From: Macrostomum lignano
Taxonomy: Eukaryota
Assembly: GCA_002269645.1 (NCBI GenBank)
Contig: NIVC01000012.1
Location: forward strand, 496,001-560,000
DNA length: 64,000 bases
Direction: 5' to 3'
A program made the translations under genes and the position numbers. Within the stretch, counting starts at the first letter, position 1; each line of letters begins with the position of its first letter. The notes beneath the pieces were generated by a model. It made no database searches. It saw only the letters and a program-made list of their open reading frames with translations, and had not been told where the DNA came from. Below are positions 34,830-46,155 of the stretch, one piece after another.

Positions 34830-35165
34830 GGGTTATGACTCCGTGAGCCTGATCGCCATGGGGCTGAAGATCATGAGATCAATAGGCTAAGGACCGTTGG
34901 GTCATGGGGCTGAGGACTATTGGGTCATGGGACAGGGCCATTGTATCATGGGACTGAGGACTATTGGGTCATGGGACAGGGCCATTGTATCATGGGACTG
35001 AGGACCATTGGGTTATGGGGCTGAGGACCATTCGGTCATTGGGCTGAAAACCATGGGGTCATACTTGAGGACCATGGGATCATGGAGCTGAGGACCAGTG
35101 GGTCATAGGGCTGAGGACTATTAGGTAATGGGGCTTAGGACCATGAGGGTCACGTGGCTGAGAAC
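34830..35165 (+). repeat. Degenerate 23-bp minisatellite (CATGGGGCTGAGGACCATTGGGT)
   Basis: Same family as 62930-63705. Confidence 0.85.
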
Positions 35166-35326
35166 AGAGCAACTGCAGATTTTAAAGATCTTCCTTTTCC
35201 AATTAAGTTGAAATGTTATTAAAAAATAGAAATAAATAATGATATTAATTTCCGTCGTCTCCAATTTTGGTTTCCAGATTAAAGGCAATTATTAATAAAT
35301 CATATTCTCGATCCCTGCCAACCGAG

Positions 35327-35632
35327 ATGCGCCTGTTGAACTTCCTGTTGCAAGCCGATCGCGATGCGGCTTCATCGCGCGAGCGACCGAATTTGCGCAA
35401 CATTTCCGGGGCAGCTCCGAGCAGCGCTGGCCGAATCAATCCGGTCATGCTGGCCGGCTGCCTAGCAACTGTAGCTGGCGTGTGCGCCCTAATCTACGCC
35501 GTGTTGCCTAGCAACGAGTACGCGGCCGTACAGCGCGAGAATCGACGCGGCTACGATGCTGAGCGAAATCAGCCGGGCGAGATGCGCGTGTGGAGCTCGC
35601 CGTTCGGTCATAGAGGCGATAAAACCCGTTGA
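35327..35632 (+). CDS. Hypothetical 101-aa single-pass membrane microprotein
   Basis: GC-rich, coding-like ORF in an AT-rich context; upstream acceptor TTTTGGTTTCCAG (35277); one hydrophobic segment MLAGCLATVAGVCALIYAVL. No family recognised. Confidence 0.5.
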   Translation: MRLLNFLLQADRDAASSRERPNLRNISGAAPSSAGRINPVMLAGCLATVAGVCALIYAVLPSNEYAAVQRENRRGYDAERNQPGEMRVWSSPFGHRGDKTR

Positions 35633-36721
35633 ACAGTTGGTTCTTCGCTTGACTATACTTACTACTTATGTGGTCGATTATTAAGTAGACAGCTTAGAGC
35701 ATTTTCGAGATCATCCGTGTGTGTATACATTATTCATGACTTTCATGTTTCATTGCGCAAATATAGTACGCATAAATGCAGTCAATTTTATAAATATTTT
35801 CAAATTTGAAGCATTTAATTGCTAAAAAGCATCGCATCTTGAAGGATGCGTCTAAAGATATAACGTCTAAATTGACATTAAAAAATGCATCTATTTCACA
35901 TGGGCAAAAGTTAAGCCGCAAAATTCCCATGATTGAATCTTTCTAAAGTATCTTTTGAAATTACAATACTTCGAGTATATGATAAAAGTTGTGAGTTCCC
36001 TAAACGTTTTAGCTCCATATTTCATTCTGAGGCCTTTTAAATATTTGATTTTGCAAACTGTTAGTGGCTTCGTATGCCACGAAATCTTGTCTATGGCTAA
36101 GAGAGCCTAGACTACAAAGTGCTATATAATAAAGGGCAGTTGGCAAATAAAAAGGAAAAAAGAAAGACGCGGTTTAACGTAAGAATGTACTGAGTGTCGG
36201 TACAAATCTAAGTTTTAATCTTTTTAAGTCTTGTGTGAGTTATATTGTCGTAAAGACCCACGACGATAACACAAACCTCATAGACTTCTATTACCCAGGG
36301 GTATAGCATGATGTTGTTTAAGCATTATTGACCAATAGTAACCAGAAGCCGCTTGGCAGAAATTTACTGATGTGTATTCGTAAGACGGTTCGTTCCGTCT
36401 AATCGTATATTTGTGTTAACAAAAAGGAGCGGAAATAATTCGTTATCGTAGGGGCCCTTGTCTCGCTCCGCTCGTTCGTTAGTTAGTTCCATTTTCCCTC
36501 GTGCGCCCAGCTCTTTAGTAACTTTCTGGGTCTTCGAGAATTATGACCATAGATAGTTCAATCGCATGCGTAAAAGTTCATAGTTAGAAATCCATATCAT
36601 TTACAATTCATGACGCTGAAAAAGGTATAAAATGGAACATGCTTGAAAATGGTTAAAAACTTACTATCTAAAGATAGCATCCGTCCCGTTCACTTTAAGT
36701 TAAAGAGCCTGCATCGACACA

Positions 36722-36897
36722 ATGTTGTTGAATTTGCTGCTTCTTTTTCAAGGCATACTTACCAGCCAGCTGCTGCCAGCCCTGGCCCAGCTGTGCCCCT
36801 CGCCGCTCAGCCTTGAGGCCAGGAAGTGCGTATTCGTGAACCAAACGTGGAGCTTCAGCTAGTGCGAGGCCAACCGGCAGTGCGCCATGATCGAAGG
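36722..36897 (+). pseudogene. Truncated C-type lectin pseudogene (5' paralog of 38683-39414)
   Basis: MLLNLLLLFQGILTSQLLPALAQLCPSPLSLEARKCVFVNQTWSFS*CEANRQCAMIEG. Near-identical DNA to the intact gene, with TGG>TAG at the conserved Trp. Homology stops at the MITE. Confidence 0.85.
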
Positions 36898-36901
36898 CCA
36901 A

Positions 36902-37127
36902 AGCCAATAGCTTGAACGGAATAACGGAAACAGGAACACACTGGATGATACAGTACAGTAAAATAGAGTTAAAATAGCCGTCCCTCAATGCACTGCCCAA
37001 AGAGTCGTCTGCAATGCAGGTCCCACGCGGCAGCCTTCCCAGCAGTGACTGTGTCGTCAATCGCTTCGCGCGCCTCCCTCTCTAACAGCATGTTCCTGTT
37101 TCCGTTATTCCGTTCAAGCTATTGGCT
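36902..37127. mobile_element. MITE-like element with perfect 37-bp inverted repeats
   Basis: AGCCAATAGCTTGAACGGAATAACGGAAACAGGAACA (36902-36938) and its exact reverse complement (37091-37127). Confidence 0.8.
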
Positions 37128-38682
37128 AGTCATATGGCTCAGAAGGTATAAAAATAAAAGAATACGACGCATAGACCAATCGATTCTCACATTGGATGGC
37201 TTTTTATCACTTTGCTTGTCGTTTATAGTCGATGGCCCATAGACTAAGGCTGCACGCAGCCAGGTCCTTCGCAGTCAGCGTAGGCAGGATTCTCACTTTG
37301 GATGGCTTTATTCTCAGTTAGGCTGACAAAAGCAATACTGCCTCCATATTCTCCATTTCTGAACCCGACCGAGTGTGCACATTCCTGTTGAAGGCGGCCA
37401 TCAAGCGGCAACTTACGCAGCCACAGGTGCAAATCGAATTGGACAATCCACCGCCAGAGACAACACTGCTCGAGTGGCGCTATTTCAGTGAAGTTATTCG
37501 TGAAGGATATACGAGCACTGTGAAAGGGATTAATTGCGCGGCCAGATTCTCAAATTGGTTGCTCCATAGACCCCCTTTTGGGCCATAGACAATGAAAAGC
37601 AAGTCTTCAATAGCTTGATTCTCCCAATAAGGCTTAAATTGCTTGCTCCTAGGCTCAATTGGCTTGAAAAATTCTATACTCGATCACCTTCTACTCGTTG
37701 GTAGGCAAACTCACATGACACGGTAGTCATGTACTCTACTGGACTCTGAGATCCATGGATAACTCTATGACTATCTGAGTTCCAAACACTTCAGTTCTGT
37801 AGAAAACGCTTCCAAAACTCTTTTTCACAGTCGAAAAGCTGTTTCGAGTCAATACAGTTACTCCAGCACTAAATACGGCTCTGTAGCAGAGTTATAAGCC
37901 AAATATGCTAATTCTGTTCAAAAAAATTCTCTCACTTTGTGCTATTTGTCGAAAAGTTGGCAGATCAAGGTTGTATCTCAGTTACTAAGCAGCAGCCAAC
38001 TAACTAATGCTCGAAAACTTCGTTTGGGCGACTGCGGATTGCTGCGCCAGCAGTTCAACTTTTTTCTTCGCTTTTTTATTCACGAAGCATTTTTATGATC
38101 GGCTTATCCCGGGAAGATTCCGAGTATAGAGAGGTTTTAAAGAACATTTATGAAGCGCATTCTTCCGTGATCCCAGCAACTTACGTGTCGCTGAAGTCGT
38201 CTTTAGAAATGCTTGAATTGTCAGGGGCCCAGCAGATGGGAAATTTTCCCTAGGAGAATTCAAGTCACTGTCAGCTGGCTGCTCCCAGCAGCCCAAAGCC
38301 CAAAGTGGGATATTATATTTTCTACGAAAGGGACTTAGTTTCAAATTTTGATGGGATTTTTCTCTAACCTTGGTGCCCATGCGGAATTTTACTGCACGAA
38401 TGAAGTCTTCATTCCTACAGGAGTTAAAGCTCATAACGCTCATAAAGCTCAAAACCTGCTCGGGTTTCCATGCGTGGTTGAGTGGTATAACATTCTTGGT
38501 GTTTTCGACCAATGAGAGAGCAAGGCGTAAGTCGTTACTAAATACAGACTTTAAATATTCGTCAGAAATGTGAAATGCAGGATGCAAACAGGAAAGAGCG
38601 CCTCCTCCACCAGATCTTAGCAAAACCTGAAAATTTTAACCATATCGATTGTAATCGTACACTTTTGAAAATTCCAGCCGAT

Positions 38683-39414
38683 ATGAATTTTAAGTTTGTT
38701 TTTCTGAGCACAATTACCCACCAGCTGCTGCCAGCCCTGGCCCAGCTCTGCCCCTCGCCGTTCAGCCTTGAGGCTGGAAAGTGCATTTTCGTGAACAAGG
38801 TGAACAGAGTCAGCTGGTGCGAGGCCAACCAGCAGTGCGCCATGATCGGAGGCGAGCTGCTCAACTCGTACAGCTCTCTGCAGCTGCTCAGCAGCATGCC
38901 GAGTTTCGCCTGCAGCAGCTGCCACATCTGGTTTGGAGTGACCGACTTGGCTGACGAAAGATCTTCGAGCAGATCGGGCTGGAAGATGGTCAACGGCAAT
39001 GGCATCATGCCGCTGAATGACTCCCTGTGGGGTGCTTCAACTGAGCCAAACGGAGGCACCGGCGAAAACTGCATAATACATTTGTCGCATGGAAAAATCG
39101 GAAACTACTTTTGTCCTCGCTCACTCGGATTCGCTTGCGAGTGGAAGCCGAGGACTTCTCAGACGCATCTGAATTTTGAACTGACTCCGTTCAAGCGGAC
39201 CAGCTACCATGCCAGCAATGAGTACTGCTACTCTGACCTGACCAATGTTCACTCCGAGCTGGCTTGTGTCATGTCAGCTTTCAACTCTGGCAACTGCAGA
39301 CACGTGCTGTACAACAGCAAGCTGAGAGCCTGCCGCCTGCTGCTGTTCACCGACGCTCAGGTGGAGGCCGAGATCGAGACGAGCGCCGACTGGGTCAAGT
39401 TCAGCGTGTACTGA
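38683..39414 (+). CDS. Secreted C-type lectin + PAN/apple-like domain protein, 243 aa, intronless CDS
   Basis: Signal-like MNFKFVFLSTITHQLLPALA; CTL motifs SWCEANQQC, IWFG, EPNGGTGENC, FACE; C-terminal CYS..SELAC..C..YNSKLRACRL PAN-like pattern; acceptor ATTCCAG just 5' of the ATG. Confidence 0.85.
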   Translation: MNFKFVFLSTITHQLLPALAQLCPSPFSLEAGKCIFVNKVNRVSWCEANQQCAMIGGELLNSYSSLQLLSSMPSFACSSCHIWFGVTDLADERSSSRSGWKMVNGNGIMPLNDSLWGASTEPNGGTGENCIIHLSHGKIGNYFCPRSLGFACEWKPRTSQTHLNFELTPFKRTSYHASNEYCYSDLTNVHSELACVMSAFNSGNCRHVLYNSKLRACRLLLFTDAQVEAEIETSADWVKFSVY

Positions 39415-40189
39415 GCTGTTTGAGACGATATCGTTTCTATCGCAATGTGATTCTTTATCGCAAATGAAACTTTGGCAATTAATCGATGCGCAGCTGAGAG
39501 CGGATTTGCTTGCGAGCGAGTTCCTACGTCCGCTGAGTTACAATCTGATTTTGCGGACACCTTACTGTGTGTTTTGAGCTTTTTGAGACGCTATGGTTTT
39601 TATTGCAAAGTGAATTGTGACAGATTGTGTGGTAAACATTTTAAACCACGTATCTGTTTCCGCTATAGAACGTTTCTTTAATTTGTATTCTGGCTCTAAC
39701 GCTGTAATCCTAATTTTTTTGAAATTTGTTTTATTATGGACTATCCTGTATTTCTGCACTGACTGAATCAATTTCAGCAAGTTTTGAGCAATACGCAATC
39801 ACCAATTTCACTCAATGCTACAGCTACAGCTTCTTACAGTGTTGCGTAGAGGAAGTTGTTGTCTGTAAAAGTAAAAACTTAAAGTTTTCATCGCTAGATT
39901 TCCTATTTCGGTTATTTCATGTACTCTCGGAATGTTATATCAGCTGTAATTTCTTCTAAAAAATCCTCCTACTTTGCTTTGCTACCTTGACAAGCTTAGC
40001 CTCAAGCGCTTATGATAACCCTCTGAAAAGTTCTGTAACCTGAGCACGGCTATTTATGCCTTTTAATATTCTATCAAAACTGCAAAATACACTTATACGA
40101 GGCTTAAGCTCCAGTTTTTCGAATAAAATCCTCGCATACTAATTTTTGCTGGAGACTGTTGCGCCTTCGTCACTTATATGGATACTTAT

Positions 40190-40385
40190 GTGGCTACCGA
40201 TGCTCCAATAGATTAAATATGGATATTTATGTGTCTACCGATACTCCAATAGATTAAATATGGATATTTATGTGTCTACCGATACTCCAATAGATTAAAT
40301 ATGGATATTTATGTGTCTACCGATACTCCAATAGATTAAATATGGATACTTATGTGGCTACCGATGCTCCATAGATTAAATATGG
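40190..40385 (+). repeat. 41-bp tandem repeat (ATGTGTCTACCGATACTCCAATAGATTAAATATGGATATTT)
   Basis: About 4.5 units. Confidence 0.9.
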
Positions 40386-40689
40386 AGAGACTGGAAAGTC
40401 ACCTTTGCTCTGTCTAATGTGTATGGCTATGCAGATGCAGCATTGAATGAATAAACTTTTTGGTTGTACGAAGTGACTGAAATGAATTCTGTTGCAACTG
40501 TACATAGTATTGAATCTACGAATTGATTTTAGAAATTTGTGTCTCCGAAGGCTCAGACTTGTCAAATTCATCACTGAGCGTTTTGCCTTAGCAATAAAAT
40601 CCACTAAAATGAGTTGCTTCTGACAAGGTACGTTGGTATGTGATTGATTTCAGAAAAATATATGCTTAAGTTGGTAGTAGAAATACCGA

Positions 40690-41240
40690 AAACTTGACAT
40701 AGCTGCACGGGGTTCCGGGCATTTGGATACCTGGTGACCACGGGCAGCTGGTGCTGCGGTGTCGCCATGGAGATCCGCTGGTGCCGGTGTCTTCAGCACG
40801 GTCCCTACCGGAGAGTCCAGGAGGTGACCAGGTGTCCATGCAGCTGCCTTGAGTAAAGGCGGGGCATTCACAGATGAAGTGCTCCGCATTATCGACACCG
40901 GCGAGGCAGAAGGGGCATTCCTCACTGCGGATTTTTCCCTGGAGGTGCCGATATCAGGCAAAATAAACATGACCCGAGAGGGCCATGGTCACCGCCCTGA
41001 TGTCCCTGCGGTTGAGTCCAAGCAGGGCCCTGCGGATGGCGGGGGAAGGACAGGGGACAGCCGCACGGTATTGCCGGCAGTCGGGGGCGTTAGCCCACCT
41101 CTCCCTGTGCTTTGAAGCCACGTACCCACTGGTTGATCCGAGCGGTGACAACGGGTTAGTGAGGGGACTACGGGCATGTGGTGGATCCGGTGGAGCCAGC
41201 CTTGGCCAGGTGATCAGCCAAAACCGAAAACAAATGTAAA
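40690..41240 (-). mobile_element. Decayed non-LTR retrotransposon 3' fragment (ORF2 C-terminal CCHC zinc knuckle; I/R1/LOA-like)
   Basis: Minus-strand translation [57 protein letters not shown], the canonical LxGH..CxxC..HxxxxC LINE motif. Confidence 0.85.
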
Positions 41241-41639
41241 CAAGATAGACTGTAAATTAGATTCTTTAGTTGATTAAATAATAATAGCATATCATCACTT
41301 TGCCTAGGGAGCAAACTTCAGCCTTAAACTTGAGTAGCAACTCAGAAAGTTGTGAACGCGCTTTCCTAGCAGTTGAAGAAGCAGTTCGTCTTGAATATTT
41401 CAGCTTAGCAAAATCTGCGGTTAAGCCCTTAGCCGCGCTGATCGAAGTACGAGCTACGAACTTAAAATACTTTTTAAAAAGTTATCATGATGCTACTCTC
41501 AAATCTGTGTAAGTAGCATGAGTAGCACATACGAGCGTAATTTAAATAATTTAAGGTTAGCTATCAAATTTCACAAGGCTTCTTTCAACCCTTATAATGC
41601 ATATATTCAGTACCGTTTTAATATTCTCCAACATGATTA

Positions 41640-42568
41640 TGCTACCAGAGAATGCTAGCCAGAGAATGCTAGCCAGAAAATGCTAGCCAGAGGATGCTAG
41701 CCAGAGAATGCTAGCCAGAGAATGCTAGCCAGAGAATGCTAGCCAGAGAATGCTAGCCAGAGGATGCTAGCCAGAGAATGCTAGCCAGAGAATGCTAGCC
41801 AGAGGATGCTAGCCAGAGGATGCTAGCCAGAGAATGCTAGCCAGAGGATGCTAGCCAGAGAATGCTAGCCAGAGAATGCTAGCCAGAGGATGCTAGCCAG
41901 AGGATGCTAGCCAGAGAATGCTAGCCAGAGGATGCTAGCCAGAGGATGCTAGCCAGAGAATGCTAGCCAGAGGATGCTAGCCAGAGAATGCTAGCCAGAG
42001 AATGCTAGCCAGAGGATGCTAGCCAGAGGATGCTAGCCAGAGAATGCTAGCCAGAGAATGCTAGCCAGAAAATGCTAGCCAGAGGATGCTAGCCAGAGAA
42101 TGTTAGCCAGAGAATGCTAGCCAGAGAATGCTAGCCAGAGAATGCTAGCCAGAGAATGCTAGCCAGAGAATGCTAGCCAGAAAATGCTAGCCAGAGGATG
42201 CTAGCCAGAGAATGCTAGCCAGAGAATGCTAGCCAGAGAATGCTAGCCAGAGAATGCTAGCCAGAGGATGCTAGCCAGAGAATGCTAGCCAGAGAATGCT
42301 AGCCAGAGAATGCTAGCCAGAGAATGCTAGCCAGAGAATGCTAGCCAGAGAATGCTAGCCAGAGAATGCTAGCCAGAGGATGCTAGCCAGAGAATGTTAG
42401 CCAGAGAATGCTAGCCAGAGAATGCTAGCCAGAGAATGCTAGCCAGAGAATGCTAGCCAGAGAATGCTAGCCAGAGAATGCTAGCCAGAGAATGCTAGCC
42501 AGAGAATGCTAGCCAGAGAATGCTAGCCAGAGAATGCTAGCCAGAGAATGCTAGCCACAGGATGCTAG
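41640..42568 (+). repeat. 14-bp minisatellite (GCTAGCCAGAGAAT), left arm
   Basis: Tandem units. Confidence 0.97.
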
Positions 42569-44066
42569 TTTGAAAGTGAGTTCGGTAAAAACTGCGTGGC
42601 TTGTTACTAACATCAAGTTACTATTGTAACATTTTTACATGTTTTTCTGAGAAGTGTATTGTGACGTCCTGAGTCTGTACAGTGAATTCGCAAAACAAAC
42701 TACAAGCGATTGGGAAAGAGCCAAATTTCAACTTTAATACATAAAAAGTCATTTTGATTATTTTCTGTTTTAAAAAAATCGTTCAAAAAGGAACAATCGA
42801 AAGACCACTAGAAGTTCAATTATACATGTAGATAATAATAAATTGCCTATTAGCCTGGGGCTCATATAGCATCTGTAGGATGAAGTAAGAACTTCTTTGT
42901 TAAGACTTTTAGCTGGTCATTTTTGGAATCAAACTTCATTTTGCTGTCTCAGCTAACACAGATTCACAAGGCACAAAAAATTTGCAGGCGCTTCGACTGT
43001 CATGGCGTAATTATAACTGACGATGCAGGATATTCTAAGCACGGAGACTGCTCTGCTATAGAGATCAGGATTGAAAAAATAAAAAGAATGTGTGAAGCTC
43101 AATTGTGACTAGCTACCGTTACCGCAAAGCATCTTTCAGTTTTCCCTGAGCCAGAAGAAGACACTTTCCGCAACGCTGTCCCCAAATCTTGTCTCATGAC
43201 GGATTCAAGGGGCTGAGGAATGTAGTTTAGATGACTAAACACACTCTAAGATTGGCAGCATTGCAGAGCGTCTCAGAAGTGGGGTGGGGGAGAAATCGAT
43301 ATTGACTCTCCAAAGCACGACTCCTTATTGCTGCTCATCATTCCAAATCATGTCTTGCAATGCTCTAATAAATTTTTCATCTGCCTTAGAGGAGCTGTAG
43401 TATCTTCAACGAGCTTTACTTTGGCGTGAGCGGAGACAGGCCCAGTGCAATGCGAGGAGTGCCCGTCACTCTTCACTGTTGACAAAATCATTGTGACGTT
43501 TGGACCTGTCAATATCAGCAGGTATGTCATTCAGCGCTTCACTTTTTTAACAAAGCTAAGCGACCGCTTCTGCTGCATATCGACTGCATGGCATCGATAA
43601 GACTTTTGGTTGAAGTGGCAGCTTTCGAGACCTTAAACATGGACCGTTTGTCCATCACCCGACTGCATGGGCAGCTTTTTGGCAGAAAGCATGCGTCTGC
43701 CCTCTGTTAATAATCTCATTTTGACTGGCTCTCAATTTTCTTCTCAAGCCCGGTTTCTTACCGAGCTCCAGCCGTCCTTCAGCTTTGCTATGGTTTTAAT
43801 CTGCAGAAAATTGTTGCAACCCTGAATGCCCAGCCTTAGCGGTGCGGTTGGGCCTACAGGGCACAGGAATGAGCACACGGGTCACGAGTGCTCACAAATC
43901 CCGCAATCTGATGCGCCAAGACGTACCCACTCAGACTTAACCCGCGACTGGACGCATTGGTGCAGCAGCTGTCCTCAGCGGGGCGACGTTCAAGCGACAG
44001 ATCCTACCGACTCAAAGTCGTACACGAGTACCGGTGGTTTCGGGTAGCCGATCGACAAATAGAAAT

Positions 44067-45063
44067 GGCTAGCATTTTCTGGATAGTATCCTCTGGCTAG
44101 CATTGTCTGGCTAGCATTCTCTGGCTAGCATCCTCTGGCTATAGCACTCTCTGGCTAGCATTCTCTGGCTAGCATCCTCTGGCTATAGCACTCTCTGGCT
44201 AGCATTCTCTGGCTAGCATCCTCTGGCTAGCATCCTCTGGCTAGCATCCTCTGGCTAGCATCCTCTGGCTAGCATTTTCTGGCTAGCATCCTCTGGCTAG
44301 CATTGTCTGGCTAGCATTCTCTGGCTAGCATCCTCTGGCTATAGCACTCTCTGGCTAGCATTCTCTGGCTAGCATCCTCTGGCTATAGCACTCTCTGGCT
44401 AGCATTTTCTGGCTAGCATCCTCTGGCTAGCATTCTCTGACTAGCATCCTCTGGCTAGCATCCTCTGGCTATAGCATTCTCTGGCTAACACACTGGCTAA
44501 CACTCTGGTTAACATTCTCTGGCTAACATTCTCTGGCTAGCATCCTCTGGCTAGCATTCTCTGGCTAACACACTGGCTAACACTCTGGTTAACATTCTCT
44601 GACTAGCATTCTCTGGCTAGCATTCTCTGTCTAGCATCCTCTGGCTAACATTCTCTGGCTAGCATTCTCTGGCTAGCATCCTCTGGCTATAGCACTCTCT
44701 GGCTAGCATTTTCTGGCTAGCATCCTCTGGGTAGCATTCTCTGGCTAGCATCCTCTGGCTAGCATCCTCTGGCTATAGCATTCTCTGGCTAGCATTTTCT
44801 GGCTAGCATCCTCTGGCTAGCATTCTCTGGCTAGCATTCTCTGGCTAGCCTCCTCTGGCTAGCCTCCTCTGGCTAGCATTCTCTGGCTAGCATTCTCTGG
44901 CTAGCATCCTCTGGCTAGCATTCTCTGGCTAACACACTGGCTAACACTCTGGTTAACATTCTCTGGCTAGCATTCTCTGGCTAGCATTCTCTGGCTAGCA
45001 TTCTCTGGCTAACATTCTCTGGCTAGCATCCTCTGTCTAGCATCCTCTGGCTAACACTCTGGC
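44067..45063 (-). repeat. Same 14-bp minisatellite in inverted orientation (ATTCTCTGGCTAGC), right arm
   Basis: Reverse complement of the 41640-42568 unit; more degenerate. Confidence 0.97.
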
Positions 45064-45073
45064 AAAATCAAAT

Positions 45074-45443
45074 CAAAGACAGAGAGATGTTTTCAGCTGA
45101 TCAAAGACAGAGAGGAGATGTTTTCAGCTGATCAAAGACAGAGAGGAGATGTTTTCAGCTGATCAAAGACAGAGAGGAGATGTTTTCAGCTGATCAAAGA
45201 CAGAGAGGAGATGTTTTCAGCTGATCAAAGACAGAGAGATGTTTTCAGCTGATCAAAGACAGAGAGGAGATGTTTTCAGCTGATCAAAGACAGAGAGGAG
45301 ATGTTTTCAGCTGATCAAAGACAGAGAGGAGATGTTTTCAGCTGATCAAAGACAGAGAGGAGATGTTTTCAGCTGATCAAAGACAGAGAGGAGATGTTTT
45401 CAGCTGATCAAAGACAGAGAGATGTTTTCAGCTGATCAAAGAC
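45074..45443 (+). repeat. 31-bp minisatellite (AAAGACAGAGAGGAGATGTTTTCAGCTGATC)
   Basis: About 12 near-perfect units with no spacers. Confidence 0.95.
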
Positions 45444-46155
45444 AGGGGGAAAGTCTAGCAGGATGTATGTTTTATTCAATCAGGTATTTCGATTTCATGT
45501 GGCACTACGCTTAAAGCTTTATGTACAACTGTAAGGACACAGGTAAATAAATATTGAATTTTTCCCTCCCTCTTCTAATTTGCTCAGCAACTCTGAAAGA
45601 ATTATTTTAAGAATAAATGAGCCCTGCCATTTGGATTATTAGTACTCAGAGAATGCTTTGGCACCAATTGGATAGCTCTGTCATTCACTGTAATCGTGAC
45701 GAAATTTTCCTTATTGATGTGTTGTTCTAAGCCTATATAGCAATACTGCATGTCATGCTTGACAAATATGGAAAATAATCCACACAGGACAGAAGTTTAC
45801 TCTAACAATATACGAGACAGAGAGGCGTACAGTGCTGCGAGAATAATTTCCTGGCTGCCACAGTAAAATCGCTGAATAAATTAACTTTTTGTTTAACGCT
45901 AATGGACTGATTTCCTCCCAGAGCTTCCTTTGTTAGATCGCTAGCAAAATCCTATGACGTCTGAATTGATAGCTGGCGCGCTCTGATACTAAGCAAATAT
46001 AAAACGCTAACCTGCTCAAGTCATACTGTCCTTCTGGTTGACACTGGGGAATTGTTTGTGCTAGAATCCGCTTGATCCATACGACTTATAAATTTGGCTA
46101 TATAGATTCGCCATTCTGTTCTGCCACTGACGCGGGAGCTCTAGCAGCATCTGGT

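Noticed and set aside
36375-36410. CGTAAGACGGT reminiscent of a flatworm spliced-leader 5' end
   Set aside because: The similarity is limited to ~10 nt; no AUG|GT leader boundary or Sm site follows
38093-38623. 176-aa minus-strand ORF upstream of the lectin
   Set aside because: No motif could be assigned and its start overlaps the lectin 5' region; may be decayed TE sequence
45074-45443. 31-bp direct repeats of CRISPR-like length (also the 41-bp and 30-bp arrays)
   Set aside because: Units are head-to-tail with no unique spacers, there are no cas genes, and the context is eukaryotic
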